From Microcoleus sp. (GTDB taxonomy: Bacteria; Cyanobacteriota; Cyanobacteriia; Cyanobacteriales; Microcoleaceae): 64,000 nucleotides of DNA. Shown piece after piece: positions 29,227 through 42,366 of this stretch. Both the position numbers and the translations under genes were made by a program. The notes under the pieces are model-generated. The model was not told where the DNA came from. It did not search any database and was given only the letters and a program-made list of their open reading frames with translations. Position 1 is the stretch's first letter. Each line of letters begins with the position of its first letter. Location of the stretch: contig JAYFMW010000003.1 in the NCBI GenBank assembly GCA_042408215.1, positions 32,001-96,000 of the forward strand, written 5' to 3'.

Positions 29227-31101
29227 ATGGCTAAAGTAGAACAACGCTTTGATTACGTGAAGATAGGGTTAGCTTCACCAGAAAGAATTCGACAGTGGGG
29301 AGAGAGAACTTTACCCAATGGTCAGATTACTGGAGAAGTGACAAAACCGGAGACAATCAACTACAGAACATTAAAACCAGAGATGGATGGCTTGTTTTGC
29401 GAGCGCATTTTTGGACCTGCAAAAGATTGGGAATGTCATTGTGGTAAGTACAAAAGAGTTCGTCATAGAGGCATTGTTTGCGAAAGATGCGGTGTTGAAG
29501 TTACTGAATCTCGCGTCCGTCGCCACCGCATGGGATTCATCAAACTAGCAGCTCCCGTAGCTCACGTTTGGTATCTCAAAGGCATCCCCAGTTACATGGC
29601 AATTCTCTTGGATATGCCTCTGCGAGATGTGGAACAAATTGTTTATTTCAATGCCTATGTTGTCCTGAATGCAGGTAATGCCGACAAGCTGCAATATAAG
29701 CAGTTGCTAACGGAAGATGCTTGGCTGGAAATAGAGGATGAACTCTACAGCGAAGATTCCACACTCACAGGCGTAGAAGTCGGCATAGGTGCAGAGGCTT
29801 TGCAAGTTTTGTTGCAAAATATTCCACTGGAATCGGAAGCGGAAAAGTTGCGGGAAGATATTGCGAATGCCAAAGGTCAAAAACGCGCCAAGTTAATTAA
29901 ACGCTTGCGAGTAATTGATAACTTTATTGCTACTGGTTCCCAACCGGACTGGATGGTGTTGTCGGTGATTCCGGTGATTCCTCCAGATTTGCGACCGATG
30001 GTGCAGCTAGATGGCGGGCGTTTTGCGACGTCTGACCTGAATGACCTTTATCGCCGGGTGATTAACCGCAATAACCGATTGGCGAGACTGCAAGAAATTC
30101 TGGCGCCGGAAATCATTATTCGTAATGAAAAACGGATGTTGCAGGAAGCGGTGGATGCGCTGATTGATAATGGACGGCGAGGCCGAACGGTGGTGGGTGC
30201 AAACAATCGCCCTCTGAAGTCGCTGTCGGACATTATTGAGGGGAAACAAGGGCGCTTCCGACAAAACTTGTTGGGTAAACGGGTTGATTATTCGGGACGT
30301 TCGGTGATTGTTGTCGGACCGAAACTGAAAATTCATCAGTGCGGTTTGCCGAGAGAAATGGCGATCGAACTTTTCCAGCCTTTTGTGATTCATCGCCTCA
30401 TCCGTCAGGGGTTGGTGAATAATATCAAAGCTGCGAAAAAGATGATTCAGCGCAACGATCCGGGGGTTTGGGAGGTGCTCCAAGAAGTGATTGAGGGGCA
30501 TCCTGTGATGCTGAACCGTGCCCCCACTCTTCACCGCTTGGGGATTCAGGCTTTTGAACCGATTTTGGTGGATGGGAGGGCGATTCAGCTTCACCCGCTA
30601 GTCTGTCCGGCTTTTAACGCTGACTTTGACGGTGACCAAATGGCGGTTCACGTTCCTTTGTCTTTGGAATCTCAGGCGGAAGCGCGGTTGCTGATGTTGG
30701 CTTCTAATAACATTATGTCGCCAGCAACGGGCAGACCGATTGTGACTCCTTCTCAGGACATGGTACTTGGTTGCTACTATTTGACGGCGGACAATCCTGA
30801 CGCTCAAAAAGGGGCTGGTCACTATTTCTCCAACCTTGATGATGCGGTTGTGGCTTACGAACAGGGGCTAGTTGATTTGCACTCTTATGTGTGGGTGCGC
30901 TTTCAAGGTGCAATGGAAGGTACGGAACCAGAAGGAGAACCGGTGAAGGTGGAAAAATCGGCTGACGGTATTGTCACGAAGGAATACAAATTCCGTCGCA
31001 TTCGAGAAGATAAGGATGGCAAATTGATTACTCAATTCATTCGCACGACTCCAGGCCGGATTATCTATCACCAAACGATTCAATCGGTAATTAATAATTA
31101 G
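29227..31101 (+). CDS. rpoC1: RNA polymerase gamma subunit
   Basis: Zn-finger CHC...CERC and NADFDGDQM. Confidence 0.99.
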   Translation: MAKVEQRFDYVKIGLASPERIRQWGERTLPNGQITGEVTKPETINYRTLKPEMDGLFCERIFGPAKDWECHCGKYKRVRHRGIVCERCGVEVTESRVRRHRMGFIKLAAPVAHVWYLKGIPSYMAILLDMPLRDVEQIVYFNAYVVLNAGNADKLQYKQLLTEDAWLEIEDELYSEDSTLTGVEVGIGAEALQVLLQNIPLESEAEKLREDIANAKGQKRAKLIKRLRVIDNFIATGSQPDWMVLSVIPVIPPDLRPMVQLDGGRFATSDLNDLYRRVINRNNRLARLQEILAPEIIIRNEKRMLQEAVDALIDNGRRGRTVVGANNRPLKSLSDIIEGKQGRFRQNLLGKRVDYSGRSVIVVGPKLKIHQCGLPREMAIELFQPFVIHRLIRQGLVNNIKAAKKMIQRNDPGVWEVLQEVIEGHPVMLNRAPTLHRLGIQAFEPILVDGRAIQLHPLVCPAFNADFDGDQMAVHVPLSLESQAEARLLMLASNNIMSPATGRPIVTPSQDMVLGCYYLTADNPDAQKGAGHYFSNLDDAVVAYEQGLVDLHSYVWVRFQGAMEGTEPEGEPVKVEKSADGIVTKEYKFRRIREDKDGKLITQFIRTTPGRIIYHQTIQSVINN

Positions 31102-31297
31102 GGAATTGGGAATTGGGAATTGGGAATTGGGAATTGGGAATCGGGAATTGGGAATGGCAATTACGAATTAAAAATTACGAATTACGAATTATTCACTCGT
31201 AATTAGTAAGTCGTAATTCGTAATTCCCTACTCGGAATTCGTAAGTCGTAATTCGTAATTCCCTACTCGGAATTCGTAAGTCGTAATTCGGAATTCC
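31101..31297. repeat. STRR tracts between rpoC1 and rpoC2
   Basis: GGGAATT and TTCGTAA heptamers. Confidence 0.9.
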
Positions 31298-31334
31298 CTT
31301 TACTAACAGCCAACTAACAAAGGACAGTAGAAAA

Positions 31335-34300
31335 ATGACAGTAAATAAAGAAATTGTTTTTCGGAATCGAGTTGTAGACAAAGGTCAACTGAAAAAACTG
31401 ATTTCTTGGTCTTTCACTCACCACGGAACGGCCCGCACAGCGCAAATGGCAGACAAACTGAAGGATTTGGGTTTTCGGTTTGCAACGAGGGCTGGAGTTT
31501 CAATTAGTGTAGACGACCTACAAGTACCGCCATCCAAGCGATCGCTCCTCGATGCAGCAGAAGAAGAAATCCGCATCACCGAACAACGATACACCAGAGG
31601 CGAAATCACCGAAGTCGAACGCTTCCAAAAAGTAATCGACACCTGGAACAGCACCTCAGAAGACCTCAAAGACGAAGTAGTAAAAAACTTCCGCGCCACA
31701 GACCCCTTGAATTCAGTCTATATGATGGCTTTCTCTGGGGCACGGGGTAATATTTCTCAGGTGCGGCAACTTGTGGGGATGCGCGGGCTGATGGCCGACC
31801 CCCAAGGAGAAATTATTGACCTACCAATCAAGACCAACTTCCGCGAGGGATTGACCGTCACCGAATACATCATTTCCTCCTATGGCGCCCGCAAAGGTTT
31901 GGTGGATACGGCTTTACGGACAGCGGATTCCGGGTATCTGACACGTCGTCTGGTGGATGTGTCGCAGGATGTCATAGTGCGGGAGTTTGATTGCGGCACC
32001 CAGCGCGGCATTCGTGTTCGCCCGATGACTGATGGGGCGACGGTCTTGATTCCCCTGAAAGAAAGGTTGCTGGGACGTGTGTTTGCTAGTGATGTGATTC
32101 ATCCCAAAACTGGCGAAATCGTGGCTTTTGGGAAGGAAAGAGCCGTCCGTAATCAACCGATAACAGAAGAACTCGCAGAGGCGATTGGTAAGTCGGGGGT
32201 GGCTGAGGTGTTTTTGCGATCGCCCCTAACCTGTGAAGCAACTCGTTCTGTTTGTCAACATTGCTATGGCTGGAGTTTGGCTCACGGAAAGATGGTCGAT
32301 ATGGGAGAGGCGATCGGGATTATTGCTGCTCAGTCGATCGGAGAACCAGGTACTCAATTAACAATGCGAACCTTCCACACCGGAGGAGTCTTCACGGGAG
32401 AAGTAGCCAAACAAGAACGTGCTCCATTTCCAGGAATTGTTAAATTCAAAAACCTTCGCACTCGTTCTTTCCGTACTCGCCACGGAGAAGAAGCTTTAGT
32501 CGCCGAGAGCAGTGGGAAATTAGTCCTAGAAGGAGATGGTTTTGAAGAAGGGAAGTCTGGGGCTAAGAATCAGAAGCTAAAAATCGAATTGGCGATCGCC
32601 CAAGGTTCGACAGTCATGGTGAGAGATGGACAGCGGGCGATTCCGAATCAAATTTTGGCTGAGGTGCCGATCGCTGGTCGAGCTGCTCGTAAAACTACCG
32701 AAAAAGTGACGACAGATGTAGCTTCCGATTTAGCCGGTGAAGCCAAGTTTGCTGATTTAATTCCAGAAGAAAAGACCGATCGCCAAGGTAATACTACTCG
32801 TACAGCTAGTAAGGGTGGTTTGGTTTGGATTTTGTCGGGGGAAGTCTATAACTTACCTCCGGGAGCAGAACCGGCTGTCAAAAATGGCGATCGCATCGCG
32901 GCCAACAGCGTGCTTGCGGAAACTAAGCTTGTTTCGGAACATGGTGGAGTCGTTCGGATTGCGGATGAACGGGAGATTGAGATTATTACAGCTCAGGTTT
33001 TGTTGGACCAGGCCGTCGTTCGGGCCGAAAGTGTGGGCGGTCGCGACCATTATGTGATTGAAACAGCATCTAATCAAAAGTTTTCTCTGAAGACAGCTCC
33101 TGGTAGCAAAGTTGTGAATGGGGAGGTTGTCGCCGAGCTTCTGGATGATAGTTACCGCACGGCTACGGGGGGTATTGTCAAATACGCCGGGGTTGAGGTC
33201 CACAAACGCGGCAAAGCTAAACTTGGCTACGAAGTAGTGAAGGGCGGCACTCTGCTGTGGATACCGGAGGAGTGTCATGAGGTTAACAAAGACATTTCGC
33301 TGTTGCTGGTGGAGGATGGTCAGTATGTGGAGGCTGGTACTGAGGTAGTCAAGGATATTTTCTGCCAAACTAGCGGAGCTGTAGAAGTAACCCAGAAGAA
33401 CGACATCCTTCGGGAAATTGTGATCAAGCCCGGTGAACTTCATGCTTTGGATCGTCCTCTTTTGAGTTTGGGTGAAGGTCAAATTGTCTCTGCTGGTCAG
33501 GAAATTTTTCCGGGTTTGGTTGCTTCGGAATTAGGGTATGCGGAGTATATTGAAACCCCTGAAGGCCCGGCTTTGTTGTTGCGTCCTGTGGTTGAGTTTC
33601 CGGTACCGGATAAGCCGCCTATTCCTTCTCAGACTGCTCTGAATGAGTCGATCGCATTAAAAGCTGTTCAACGTCTCCCTTACAAAGATGGGGAGCGGGT
33701 TAAGTCTGTGGATGGTTTGGAGCTTTTGCGGACGCAGTTGATTTTGGAGATTGGCGGTTCAGCGCCTCAGTTGGCTGCTGATATTGAGTTGCTTTCGGAT
33801 GAAGTCGATGCGGAGGCTTTTGGGGCTGATGGTTCTGGGCCGGCTTGGTCTGGTTCCCGGTCTGTGGCGTCTGGGGAGATGGTTCTGGCGGATGAAACGG
33901 CTGTTTCTAAGCCGATGCGTTTGCAGTTGGTGATTCTGGAGTCTTTGGCTGTGCGGCGGGATATTGTTGCGGATCCGACTCAGGGGAGTACCCATACGAG
34001 GTTGTTGGTGGAGGATGGACAGTCGATCGCTCCTGGTGCGGTGGTTGCTCGGACGGAAATCCTGTGTAAGGAGGCGGGTGTTGTCCGTGGTATTCGGGAG
34101 GGTTTGAATGAGCCTATTCGCCGCTTGTTGGTGATGCGGGATGTTGATTCGATAAGTGTTGATGTCGCGGGGGAACCTGCGGTGAGTCCTGGTCAGTTGT
34201 TGGTGGCTGGTACGGAGGTGGCTCCGGGTATTTTTCTGGAGGAGTCGGGTCAGGTTGTGAGGGTGATTCGGCCGACGATTGAGGGGGAGCCGGCAAAGAT

Positions 34301-35462
34301 TGTTCTGCGTATAGCTCGTCCTTATCGGGTGTCTGCGGGTGCTGTGCTCCATGTGGATGATGGGGATTTGGTGCAGCGGGGGGATAATTTGGTGATTCTG
34401 GTTTTTGAGCGGGCTAAGACTGGGGATATTATCCAGGGTTTGCCGCGGATTGAGGAGTTGTTGGAGGCGCGGAAGCCGAAGGAGGCTTGTATTTTGGCGA
34501 AGCGTCCGGGTGTTGCTCAGTTGGTGGCTTCCGATGACAATATTGAGCTGGCTGTTGTTGAAGATGATGGTCGGATTGAGCAGTATCCTTTGTTACCCGG
34601 TCAGAATCCGATTGTTTCCGATGGACAGCGGGTGGCGACGGCGGAGGCTCTGACGGATGGGCCTGCCAATCCTCATGAGATTTTGGAGGTTTATTTTGAT
34701 GTGCTGAAGGAGTTGCGTCCTACTTTTGATGCTGCTTTGGAGAGTTTTCAACAGGTGCAGACTTTTTTGGTGAACGAGGTCCAGGCGGTGTATCAGTCTC
34801 AGGGTGTTGATATTTCTGATAAACACATTGAGGTGATTGTCAGACAGATGACCAATAAAGTGAGGTTGGAGGATGGCGGTGATACTACCATGCTTCCTGG
34901 GGAGTTGGTGGAGTTGCGGCAGGTTGAGCAGGTGAATGAGGCGATGTCGATTACTGGTGGGGCTCCGGCGGATTATACTCCTGTGTTGTTGGGGATTACG
35001 AAGGCTTCGCTGAATACTGATAGTTTTATTTCGGCTGCTTCGTTTCAGGAGACTACGCGGGTTTTGACTGAGGCTGCGATCGAGGGTAAGTCTGATTGGT
35101 TGCGTGGTTTGAAGGAGAATGTGATTATTGGGCGGCTGATTCCGGCGGGGACTGGGTTTAATGCTTATGAGGAGCTGAGTGTGTCGGCGGAGGCTGTTGA
35201 TGATGCTGTTTTTGATGATGATGTTCATCATTTGCAGGAGGATGTGGTGCTGGACGATCGGTCTGCGCGTCGTGCTTATGCGATCGAGAGTAAGTTTGAT
35301 GTGACTGATGCTTCTGATGTTGACAGTGATGATGATTTTGGGGAGGAGATTGAGGTGGAGGAGGAGGATTTTGTGGTTGAGTCGGATGATGATGCGATCG
35401 GGGCGATCGGGTTGGATGATGATGATGATATTGGTTACGATTTTGATGAGGATGATGATTAA
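31335..35462 (+). CDS. rpoC2: RNA polymerase beta' subunit
   Basis: [13 protein letters not shown], large SI3 insertion, [17 protein letters not shown], acidic tail. Confidence 0.99.
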   Translation: MTVNKEIVFRNRVVDKGQLKKLISWSFTHHGTARTAQMADKLKDLGFRFATRAGVSISVDDLQVPPSKRSLLDAAEEEIRITEQRYTRGEITEVERFQKVIDTWNSTSEDLKDEVVKNFRATDPLNSVYMMAFSGARGNISQVRQLVGMRGLMADPQGEIIDLPIKTNFREGLTVTEYIISSYGARKGLVDTALRTADSGYLTRRLVDVSQDVIVREFDCGTQRGIRVRPMTDGATVLIPLKERLLGRVFASDVIHPKTGEIVAFGKERAVRNQPITEELAEAIGKSGVAEVFLRSPLTCEATRSVCQHCYGWSLAHGKMVDMGEAIGIIAAQSIGEPGTQLTMRTFHTGGVFTGEVAKQERAPFPGIVKFKNLRTRSFRTRHGEEALVAESSGKLVLEGDGFEEGKSGAKNQKLKIELAIAQGSTVMVRDGQRAIPNQILAEVPIAGRAARKTTEKVTTDVASDLAGEAKFADLIPEEKTDRQGNTTRTASKGGLVWILSGEVYNLPPGAEPAVKNGDRIAANSVLAETKLVSEHGGVVRIADEREIEIITAQVLLDQAVVRAESVGGRDHYVIETASNQKFSLKTAPGSKVVNGEVVAELLDDSYRTATGGIVKYAGVEVHKRGKAKLGYEVVKGGTLLWIPEECHEVNKDISLLLVEDGQYVEAGTEVVKDIFCQTSGAVEVTQKNDILREIVIKPGELHALDRPLLSLGEGQIVSAGQEIFPGLVASELGYAEYIETPEGPALLLRPVVEFPVPDKPPIPSQTALNESIALKAVQRLPYKDGERVKSVDGLELLRTQLILEIGGSAPQLAADIELLSDEVDAEAFGADGSGPAWSGSRSVASGEMVLADETAVSKPMRLQLVILESLAVRRDIVADPTQGSTHTRLLVEDGQSIAPGAVVARTEILCKEAGVVRGIREGLNEPIRRLLVMRDVDSISVDVAGEPAVSPGQLLVAGTEVAPGIFLEESGQVVRVIRPTIEGEPAKIVLRIARPYRVSAGAVLHVDDGDLVQRGDNLVILVFERAKTGDIIQGLPRIEELLEARKPKEACILAKRPGVAQLVASDDNIELAVVEDDGRIEQYPLLPGQNPIVSDGQRVATAEALTDGPANPHEILEVYFDVLKELRPTFDAALESFQQVQTFLVNEVQAVYQSQGVDISDKHIEVIVRQMTNKVRLEDGGDTTMLPGELVELRQVEQVNEAMSITGGAPADYTPVLLGITKASLNTDSFISAASFQETTRVLTEAAIEGKSDWLRGLKENVIIGRLIPAGTGFNAYEELSVSAEAVDDAVFDDDVHHLQEDVVLDDRSARRAYAIESKFDVTDASDVDSDDDFGEEIEVEEEDFVVESDDDAIGAIGLDDDDDIGYDFDEDDD

Positions 35463-36435
35463 TAGTTAATAGTTAATTGTTAATGGTTAACTGTTAACTG
35501 TTAATAGTTAACTGTTAATAGTTAATTGTTAACAGTTAACAGTTAACAGTTGACAGTTAACAGTTGACAGTTGACAGTTGACAGTTGACACATCGAGACT
35601 CACAACTTACTCCTGACTGGGAGTAAATTCGGCGATACTTCGACGGAGTTTATCCTGAACCCTTCGACTATGTGGTCTCTGAGCCCTTCGGCTTACTTCG
35701 ACTACGCTCCGCACAAGTCGCTCAGGGTAAACTCCGTGGAAGGGTTTAGCACACCGTCTGTAAAATTCAATGAATTTATTTTTGTGTCAATTCCAGTAAC
35801 ACCGGAAGGGTTGACTGTTGACTATTGACTGTTGAAAATCAATTACGAATTAATTAATTACGAATTACGAGGGAATAATTCGTAATTCGTAATTCTTAAT
35901 TCGTAATTCTCAGTGTCGGTGTCTCTACAGTACGCGCATTTTATGAATTTCCCCTGACTCGATTGTTCTGATGCGATCGGGAAACGAGGTTAGATTATCT
36001 CCGGTGAATTCCCTCCGCTTCGCTCCACCTATGATAAATTCTGAAGAAGCATTCAAATGAAGGGCATAGGGCATAGGGCATAGGGCATAGGGCATGGGGC
36101 CTGGGACTTGCCTACGTACTTCACTTTCTTGAGAACCGCCCAGCGAGTAAATTCGATTAATGCTAGTGACTGATGAGTGACCCAACACAACGACTGCGTT
36201 TATCCGCTCGCCCTTCGAATACGCTCTTCGGGTAAACGCAGTCGCCCAAGCGATCGCGCACCGCAAAAATGACCAGACTGTGATTAGTTATTGGTTATTA
36301 GTTATTAGTTATTAGTTATTGGTTATTGGTTATTGGTTATTGGGAGCAACTCACAAATAACAACTAACACCTAACAACCAACACCTAACAACTACGAACC
36401 AACAAATCACAAATCACAAATAACCAACGGTCAAC
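35461..36435. repeat. Repeat-rich intergenic region (STRRs and REP-like nested palindromes)
   Basis: GTTAACA/GTTGACA, TTACGAA, GGGCATA and TTATTGG tracts; CTTCGACTACGCTC-family palindrome at 35638-35743. Confidence 0.8.
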
Positions 36436-36453
36436 GGCAAGAGTGTCTTCTGT

Positions 36454-36852
36454 TTACTCTTGCGGGAGCAAAGCCTTGATCTGATCGACAAACTGTTGAT
36501 GGTCTACCACAGGTTTAGAAATGTAACCATCTGCACCGCTCTGATCCAGAAAAGTTTCGCGATCGCCCGCCATCGCGTGAGCAGTCACCAAAATAATCGG
36601 CAGCGAGGCCGTTTGCGGGTCAGCTTTGAGCAATTGAGTAATCTTAATACCGTCAACAGCTTTCCCCTGGTATACGCTGCGAGAAAGAGACACATCCATT
36701 AAAATCAAGTCAGCTTCCCCTGAAGCAGCAATCTGCATCACCTCTTCGACGTTTTCCGTGTGCTTCACGGCTAAGCCTCCCCGCTTAGTCAGAATTTTGG
36801 AAAAAACCCGAGCATTCACCAAATCGTCCTCTACAATCAGAACGGTTTTCAT
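36454..36852 (-). CDS. Single-domain response regulator (DivK/CheY-like)
   Basis: VLIVEDD, LILMD, VTAHAM, ISKP. Confidence 0.92.
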   Translation of the reverse strand: MKTVLIVEDDLVNARVFSKILTKRGGLAVKHTENVEEVMQIAASGEADLILMDVSLSRSVYQGKAVDGIKITQLLKADPQTASLPIILVTAHAMAGDRETFLDQSGADGYISKPVVDHQQFVDQIKALLPQE

Positions 36853-36883
36853 CTGTCTTCCCTCTGAGAGACCCCCACCATAC

Positions 36884-36962
36884 TTCGGCGGAGTTGATCC
36901 TGAGCCCAACGACGGAGTTTACCCTGAGCGTAGTCGAAGGGCTCAGGATAAACTCCGTCGAA
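36884..36962. repeat. REP-like nested palindrome
   Basis: GACGGAGTTTACCCTGAGC...GCTCAGGATAAACTCCGTC; same family as 35638-35743. Confidence 0.75.
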
Positions 36963-37480
36963 TAGATCGGCACAAGTAGCTGTACTCAGCAAGGTGGCGG
37001 GAGAAAAAGGGGGGCTGGATCTATGCAACATATCAGTTAAGTTAATATTGAGTTAAAGAAACCCGTTTTGCCGGACTGGTGAGCAAACATTAGCACTATT
37101 TACTCCTACAGTTTAGGAGAGGCTTCCGATACTGTAGCCCGACTTGTGCGAGGGTGGCGCAGCAGTCAGGCGTTTAAATAGAGAAAATCTCCTCGCTCGC
37201 TGACAACTGGTGACGTGAGCTTCGATCGTGTTAGTGGTAGGCGCAATTCAAGGCAATATAAAGGTTAGGGTAAGAGTGGAGGGTAAAAGGCAAGTGTTGC
37301 CATTCTTCGGCACTCTCCCGTCTTCGGCACTCTTTAAGTTGATTTTTATCCTCCTGCGAATGCGGTTTTGTCGAACTTTTGACTCCCTTGCAGCAAACGG
37401 TTTTCACTCTTCTACAGGTAACCACGACGAGCGCATTGACTCTTGTCCTAGCACTCAGGAATTAACGGACACAAGGACTC

Positions 37481-40036
37481 ATGGCTAAACAACTCAACCT
37501 ACTTTCCGGGCAAGTAATTTCTACGGCTTTGCACACCGAGATGCAGCAATCGTACCTCGAATATGCCATGAGTGTGATCGTAGGGCGAGCTTTGCCTGAT
37601 GTCCGCGACGGTTTAAAGCCGGTTCACCGCCGGATTTTGTACGCGATGCACGAACTGGGGATGACGCCCGATCGCCCCTACCGTAAGTGTGCCAGGGTAG
37701 TTGGAGATGTTTTGGGAAAATATCACCCCCACGGCGACCAATCTGTTTACGATGCTTTGGTACGCATGGTTCAGGATTTTTCGAGTCGCTATCCTTTACT
37801 TGCCGGTCACGGCAATTTCGGTTCGGTGGACAATGACCCGGCTGCTGCTATGCGCTATACCGAAACTAGGCTGGCATCGATCGCTCATGAAGCTATGTTA
37901 AACCAAGTCGGGGAGGCAACTGTCGATTTTACTGCTAACTTCGACAGTTCGCAGCAGGAACCGACTGCATTGCCGGCGATGTTGCCGTTTTTGGTGCTCA
38001 ACGGCTGTACTGGGATTGCTGTGGGGATGGCAACTAATATCCCACCACACAATTTGGGGGAGGTGGTAGACGGTTTAATTGCTTTGATTGAAAACCCCGA
38101 ACTCTCGGACGAGAAGTTGCTGCAACTGATTCCGGGGCCGGATTTCCCCACCGGAGGGGAAATTGTCGCTACAGAGGGCATTGTTGATGCCTACACTAAG
38201 GGGCGAGGCAGTATTACAGTCAGGGGTGTGGCCTCAGTGGAGGAAGTGCCTGGTAATCGCAAGGTACGGACGAAAACGGCGATCGTGGTGACGGAGTTTC
38301 CTTTTCAGGTGAATAAGGCTGCTTGGATTGAAAAGGTGGCGGATTTGGTGAATGCCGGACGGCTGGATGGTATTGCTGATTTGCGGGACGAAAGCGATCG
38401 CGATGGCATTCGAGTTGTAATTGAACTCAAGCGGGAATTTACCCCAGAAACTGTTTTGGCTCGTCTTTATCAACAAACTGACTTGCAAACTAATTTTGGG
38501 GCAATTTTGCTGGCAATTGTGCATGGTCAACCCCGACAATTGACTCTGAGGCAACTTTTGCAGGAATTTCTCGATTTCCGGGAAGTGACTCTGACTCGTC
38601 GCTACAATTACGAGTTGCAGGCGGCCGGGTGCCGCTGTCACATTGTCGAAGGGTTAATGGTGGCTTTGACAAATCTCGATGTGGCGATCGACATTCTCAG
38701 AAATGCTCCTGACGGCACTACTGCTAAGGAAATCTTCCAAATTCGGCTCGATTTGAGCGAAAGTCAGGCTGATGCGATTTTGGCTATGCCGATGCGACGA
38801 CTGACTGGTTTGGAAAGGCAAAATTTGCAGTCGGAGTTGGATCAGTTGATGACTAAAATTGAAGAATTCCAGCGGTTGTTGGGCGATCGGCGCGAACTTT
38901 TGAAGGCTTTAAAGAAAGAATTGCGATCGCTCAAACGTAAGTATGCTGACCCCCGCCGCACGAGATTGGTAAATGCGGCTTCCCCTGCGGCCCAGGGCGA
39001 GCCACAAGTCGCTGGTAAGAGAAATTCGGCTCCGAAGCAGTCTGATGCTCCATTGCAAATACCTAATATCTTATTGCCGGTTCAGGAGGCAGAGGAAACT
39101 CTGGTTGAATTTACACACAAACAGTATGTGCGCCGTCTGTTGGTGAGCGATCGACAGCGGTCTAAAAATCGCGAAAAGTCGGTTCAAGCTTTAGATAAAA
39201 ATGAAGATTTTATCGTCACTGCCAAGCAAACTAAAACCGATCGCACTTTGGTAATATTAACTCCTAGTGGCAAAGCTTACCCGCTGAAAGTTGCTGATAT
39301 TCCCATTACCAACGGGCGAGATCGGGGAACGCCGATCGTCAGTTTGCTATCACCTTCGGCTACTAAAGAAAGTGCAGGTAGAGCTTTGTCGGAAATCACA
39401 ATCGCACACTTTATTTTGCCGGAGAATTCGGAAGCGACCGACTTGGTAACTCTGACTCAGCAAGGGAAAATTAAGCGCTTGCCTCTTTCAGAATTTGCTG
39501 AATTGACTAATCGTGGTGTGACTGTTGTTAAGCTCAAGGATGACGATCGGCTGCGTTGTGCCAGTCTGTGCAAAGTTGGCGAACAAGTCGCGATCGCCAC
39601 CACCGGAGGCCGAGTGCTCCGTTTTGAGATCTCGGAGGAACAACTGCCGCCGATGGGCCGCGCCGCCCAGGGTTCTCAAGCAACGCGGCTGCGGAAGAAC
39701 GAACAGTTGGTGGGTTGCGTCACTCTCGACCCGAAAGAAAGTCTAGTGTTATTTTCGGAGTTGGGTTGGGCAAAACGGATGCCGGCGAGTTCTGTCAGAC
39801 TTACTAACCGCGGTGAAATTGGTCAATACGCTTTTCGTTTCGCCGATCCCTCTGATGCTTTGGTTGGTCTGCTACGGGCTGTTCCCGGTTCGGATGTTAA
39901 ACTTTTAACTAATACAGGGCGAATCCTGCGATCGGCTACTGATGCTATTGCTTTTTGGGGGAAGGATGCTGCGGGCGATCGGGCTTTTGACCTCCATCCT
40001 GCTGAGAAAATTATCAAAGTAGTCCTTAGTCATTAG
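37481..40036 (+). CDS. DNA gyrase/topoisomerase IV subunit A paralogue
   Basis: [30 protein letters not shown] catalytic Tyr; no canonical GyrA box seen. Confidence 0.92.
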   Translation: MAKQLNLLSGQVISTALHTEMQQSYLEYAMSVIVGRALPDVRDGLKPVHRRILYAMHELGMTPDRPYRKCARVVGDVLGKYHPHGDQSVYDALVRMVQDFSSRYPLLAGHGNFGSVDNDPAAAMRYTETRLASIAHEAMLNQVGEATVDFTANFDSSQQEPTALPAMLPFLVLNGCTGIAVGMATNIPPHNLGEVVDGLIALIENPELSDEKLLQLIPGPDFPTGGEIVATEGIVDAYTKGRGSITVRGVASVEEVPGNRKVRTKTAIVVTEFPFQVNKAAWIEKVADLVNAGRLDGIADLRDESDRDGIRVVIELKREFTPETVLARLYQQTDLQTNFGAILLAIVHGQPRQLTLRQLLQEFLDFREVTLTRRYNYELQAAGCRCHIVEGLMVALTNLDVAIDILRNAPDGTTAKEIFQIRLDLSESQADAILAMPMRRLTGLERQNLQSELDQLMTKIEEFQRLLGDRRELLKALKKELRSLKRKYADPRRTRLVNAASPAAQGEPQVAGKRNSAPKQSDAPLQIPNILLPVQEAEETLVEFTHKQYVRRLLVSDRQRSKNREKSVQALDKNEDFIVTAKQTKTDRTLVILTPSGKAYPLKVADIPITNGRDRGTPIVSLLSPSATKESAGRALSEITIAHFILPENSEATDLVTLTQQGKIKRLPLSEFAELTNRGVTVVKLKDDDRLRCASLCKVGEQVAIATTGGRVLRFEISEEQLPPMGRAAQGSQATRLRKNEQLVGCVTLDPKESLVLFSELGWAKRMPASSVRLTNRGEIGQYAFRFADPSDALVGLLRAVPGSDVKLLTNTGRILRSATDAIAFWGKDAAGDRAFDLHPAEKIIKVVLSH

Positions 40037-40268
40037 TCAGTAGTCATTAGTCAGTAGTCAGTAGTCAGTAGTCATTAGTCAGTAGTCATTAGTCAGTAGT
40101 CATTAGTCATTAGTCAGTAGTCATTAGTCATTAGTCATTAGTCATTAGTCATTAGTTATTTGTTATTGGTTGCTTCCCATGCCCCATGCCCCATGCCCCA
40201 TGCCCCATGCCCCATGCCCCATGCCCCATGCCCCATGCCCCATGCCCCATGCCCCATGCCCCATGCCC
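40027..40268. repeat. STRR tracts (TAGTCAT/TAGTCAG, CCCCATG)
   Basis: Tandem heptamers. Confidence 0.92.
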
Positions 40269-40285
40269 AATTCTAAAATTGTCTG

Positions 40286-41659
40286 ATGGCCCAAGTTGTA
40301 TTAGAAAATATCTACAAAACTTTTCCCCTCCGCCAAGGAGAACAGGAACAAGAGGCAAATACTACAGAAAATGCCTCACCAGATGCCCCTCGCTCAACGT
40401 CTAACACTGTTTTGCGACGGATTAACTTGACTGTCGAAGACGGGGAATTCATGGTGTTGGTGGGGCCGAGTGGCTGCGGAAAAAGCACTTTGCTGCGAGC
40501 GATCGCAGGTTTGGAAATCGTGACTGCTGGCAATATTTGGGTGGGCGATCGGCTCGTGAACGATTTGCCGCCCTTCGACCGAGATATTGCTATGGTATTT
40601 CAAAATTATGCTCTCTATCCTCACTTAACAGTTTACGATAATCTCGCTTTTGGATTGCGGCGATCGGGAAGGGAGAAGAAGTCATTAGTCATTAGTCAGC
40701 AGTCCTTAGGAAGAAGGGAGAAGAAGTCATTAGGAAGAAGGGAGAAGAAAGAAGAGATTATTGGCGAAATCAAGAATTTGGTTGTTAATAATTTAGAAAA
40801 ATATCAAATTTATTCTTTATTAGAGGATTTCTTAGTAGGAATAACTCGCAAGTTGCCTTCTGGTTTGCGCTATTTTTCGGAACGGGAAAAAGCAGTTGGA
40901 GAACGGGTGCTGAAAGTTGCTCAATTATTGCAAATAGAATCTCTGTTAAATCGCTTACCAAAACAACTTTCGGGAGGGCAAAAACAGCGGGTAGCTTTGG
41001 GTAGGGCTATGGCTCGAAATCCTGAAGTTTTTTTGATGGACGAACCGCTGTCTAATCTGGATGCTAAATTGAGGGCGGAAACTCGATCGCAAATTGTGCA
41101 GTTACAGCGACAGTTGGGGACGACAACTATTTATGTTACTCACGACCAAACTGAGGCGATGACTATGGGCGATCGGATTGCGATTATGAAGGTCGGTCAA
41201 CTTCAGCAAGTAGCTCAACCTCTAGAACTTTACAACAAGCCGGCTAACTTGTTTGTCGCTGAGTTTATCGGTTCTCCGCCGATGAATTTTTTGCCTGTGC
41301 AATTTACGGCTCCGCTGTTAATTTCTCACCCGCAATTCCGCTTCACTTTACCAGATATTTGGGCAAAAAGTTTACAAAAATATGACGGTAAATCGCTCAT
41401 TTTGGGAATCCGGCCAGAACACCTGACCATTCACCCCCCTGCTACGAAAAATCTTTCGGTTCAAGTGGATGTTGTCGAAGCTTTGGGACACGAAACCTAT
41501 TTGCGGGTCAGCTTGACGGATGCTCCGGCTGTACAGTTGCAAGTGCGAGTTCCTCCTGAGCGATCGATCCGAGTTGGTGAGGAGCTTTGGCTGGCGATCG
41601 CCCATGACAAAATTCACCTCTTTGACCCCGACACTGAGTTAGCCATATTTCCCCGTTAG
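40286..41659 (+). CDS. Sugar ABC transporter ATP-binding protein (MalK/UgpC family)
   Basis: GPSGCGKST, LSGGQKQR, DEPLSNLD, TOBE-like C-terminus. Confidence 0.92.
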   Translation: MAQVVLENIYKTFPLRQGEQEQEANTTENASPDAPRSTSNTVLRRINLTVEDGEFMVLVGPSGCGKSTLLRAIAGLEIVTAGNIWVGDRLVNDLPPFDRDIAMVFQNYALYPHLTVYDNLAFGLRRSGREKKSLVISQQSLGRREKKSLGRREKKEEIIGEIKNLVVNNLEKYQIYSLLEDFLVGITRKLPSGLRYFSEREKAVGERVLKVAQLLQIESLLNRLPKQLSGGQKQRVALGRAMARNPEVFLMDEPLSNLDAKLRAETRSQIVQLQRQLGTTTIYVTHDQTEAMTMGDRIAIMKVGQLQQVAQPLELYNKPANLFVAEFIGSPPMNFLPVQFTAPLLISHPQFRFTLPDIWAKSLQKYDGKSLILGIRPEHLTIHPPATKNLSVQVDVVEALGHETYLRVSLTDAPAVQLQVRVPPERSIRVGEELWLAIAHDKIHLFDPDTELAIFPR

Positions 41660-41802
41660 TGACAGAAGTCATTGGTCATTGGTCATTGGTCATTGGTCAT
41701 TAGTCATTAGTCATCAGTCATTAGTCATCAGTCATTAGTCATCAGTCATCAGTCATTGGTCACATGACTTATATCAAAAAGTTGCACTTTTTCCAAGCAT
41801 CT

Positions 41803-41820
41803 GTTATATTAATTTACATA
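41803..41820 (+). promoter_or_regulatory. HLR1-like (RpaB) site
   Basis: GTTATATT-AA-TTTACATA direct repeat upstream of hli. Confidence 0.65.
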
Positions 41821-41853
41821 AGCTCACAAAAGTTAACGAAAGGAGTTCATACC

Positions 41854-42006
41854 ATGCAAGAACCAAAACGCAACGCTTGGAGCTGGGGCTTCAGCGAAGG
41901 AGCCGAAAATTGGAACGGTCGTCTGGCGATGATTGGTTTCTCTGCTGCTGTCATCATCGAATTGGTTTCCGGTCAAGGCGTGCTTCACTTTTGGGGCCTA
42001 ATGTAA
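41854..42006 (+). CDS. hli: High-light-inducible protein (copy 1)
   Basis: AENWNGRLAMIGF motif; AGGAG RBS. Confidence 0.93.
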   Translation: MQEPKRNAWSWGFSEGAENWNGRLAMIGFSAAVIIELVSGQGVLHFWGLM

Positions 42007-42315
42007 TTTTTTAGTTGATACGTTTCAGGAATTACGAAATTTGGGAGTTTCTTTCGAGACTCCCAAATTTTTTGTACTGATTTTCGACTCGCAGCCAACA
42101 GTCAACCGTCAACCGTCAACAGTCAACAGTCAACCGTCAACAGTCAACAATCATTGCTGAGTGCAAACCGAATCCAAATCACTCTTTTGGGTGATGCTAG
42201 GCAAATACTCTATTGGTCATTAGTCATTGGTCATTAGTCATTAGTCATTAGTCATCAGTCATCAGTCATTGGTCACATGACTTATATCAAAAAGTTGCAC
42301 TTTAGTCAAGCATCT

Positions 42316-42333
42316 GTTATATTAATTTACATA
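42316..42333 (+). promoter_or_regulatory. HLR1-like (RpaB) site, duplicate
   Basis: Identical to 41803-41820. Confidence 0.65.
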
Positions 42334-42366
42334 AGCTCACAAAAGTTAACGAAAGGAGTTCATACC

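Noticed and set aside
26069..35231. Long antisense ORFs over the rpo genes
   Set aside because: These are shadow frames caused by codon bias; they carry no motifs.
35925..36266. 113-aa ORF
   Set aside because: It crosses STRR and REP-like repeats and has no recognisable domain.
36970..37470. Riboswitch or ncRNA between the response regulator and the gyrA paralogue
   Set aside because: Some hairpins are present but I recognised no known motif; support is insufficient.
24905..40036. Inteins in rpoB, rpoC1, rpoC2 or gyrA
   Set aside because: Lengths are normal and no C...HN splice-junction or LAGLIDADG blocks were seen.
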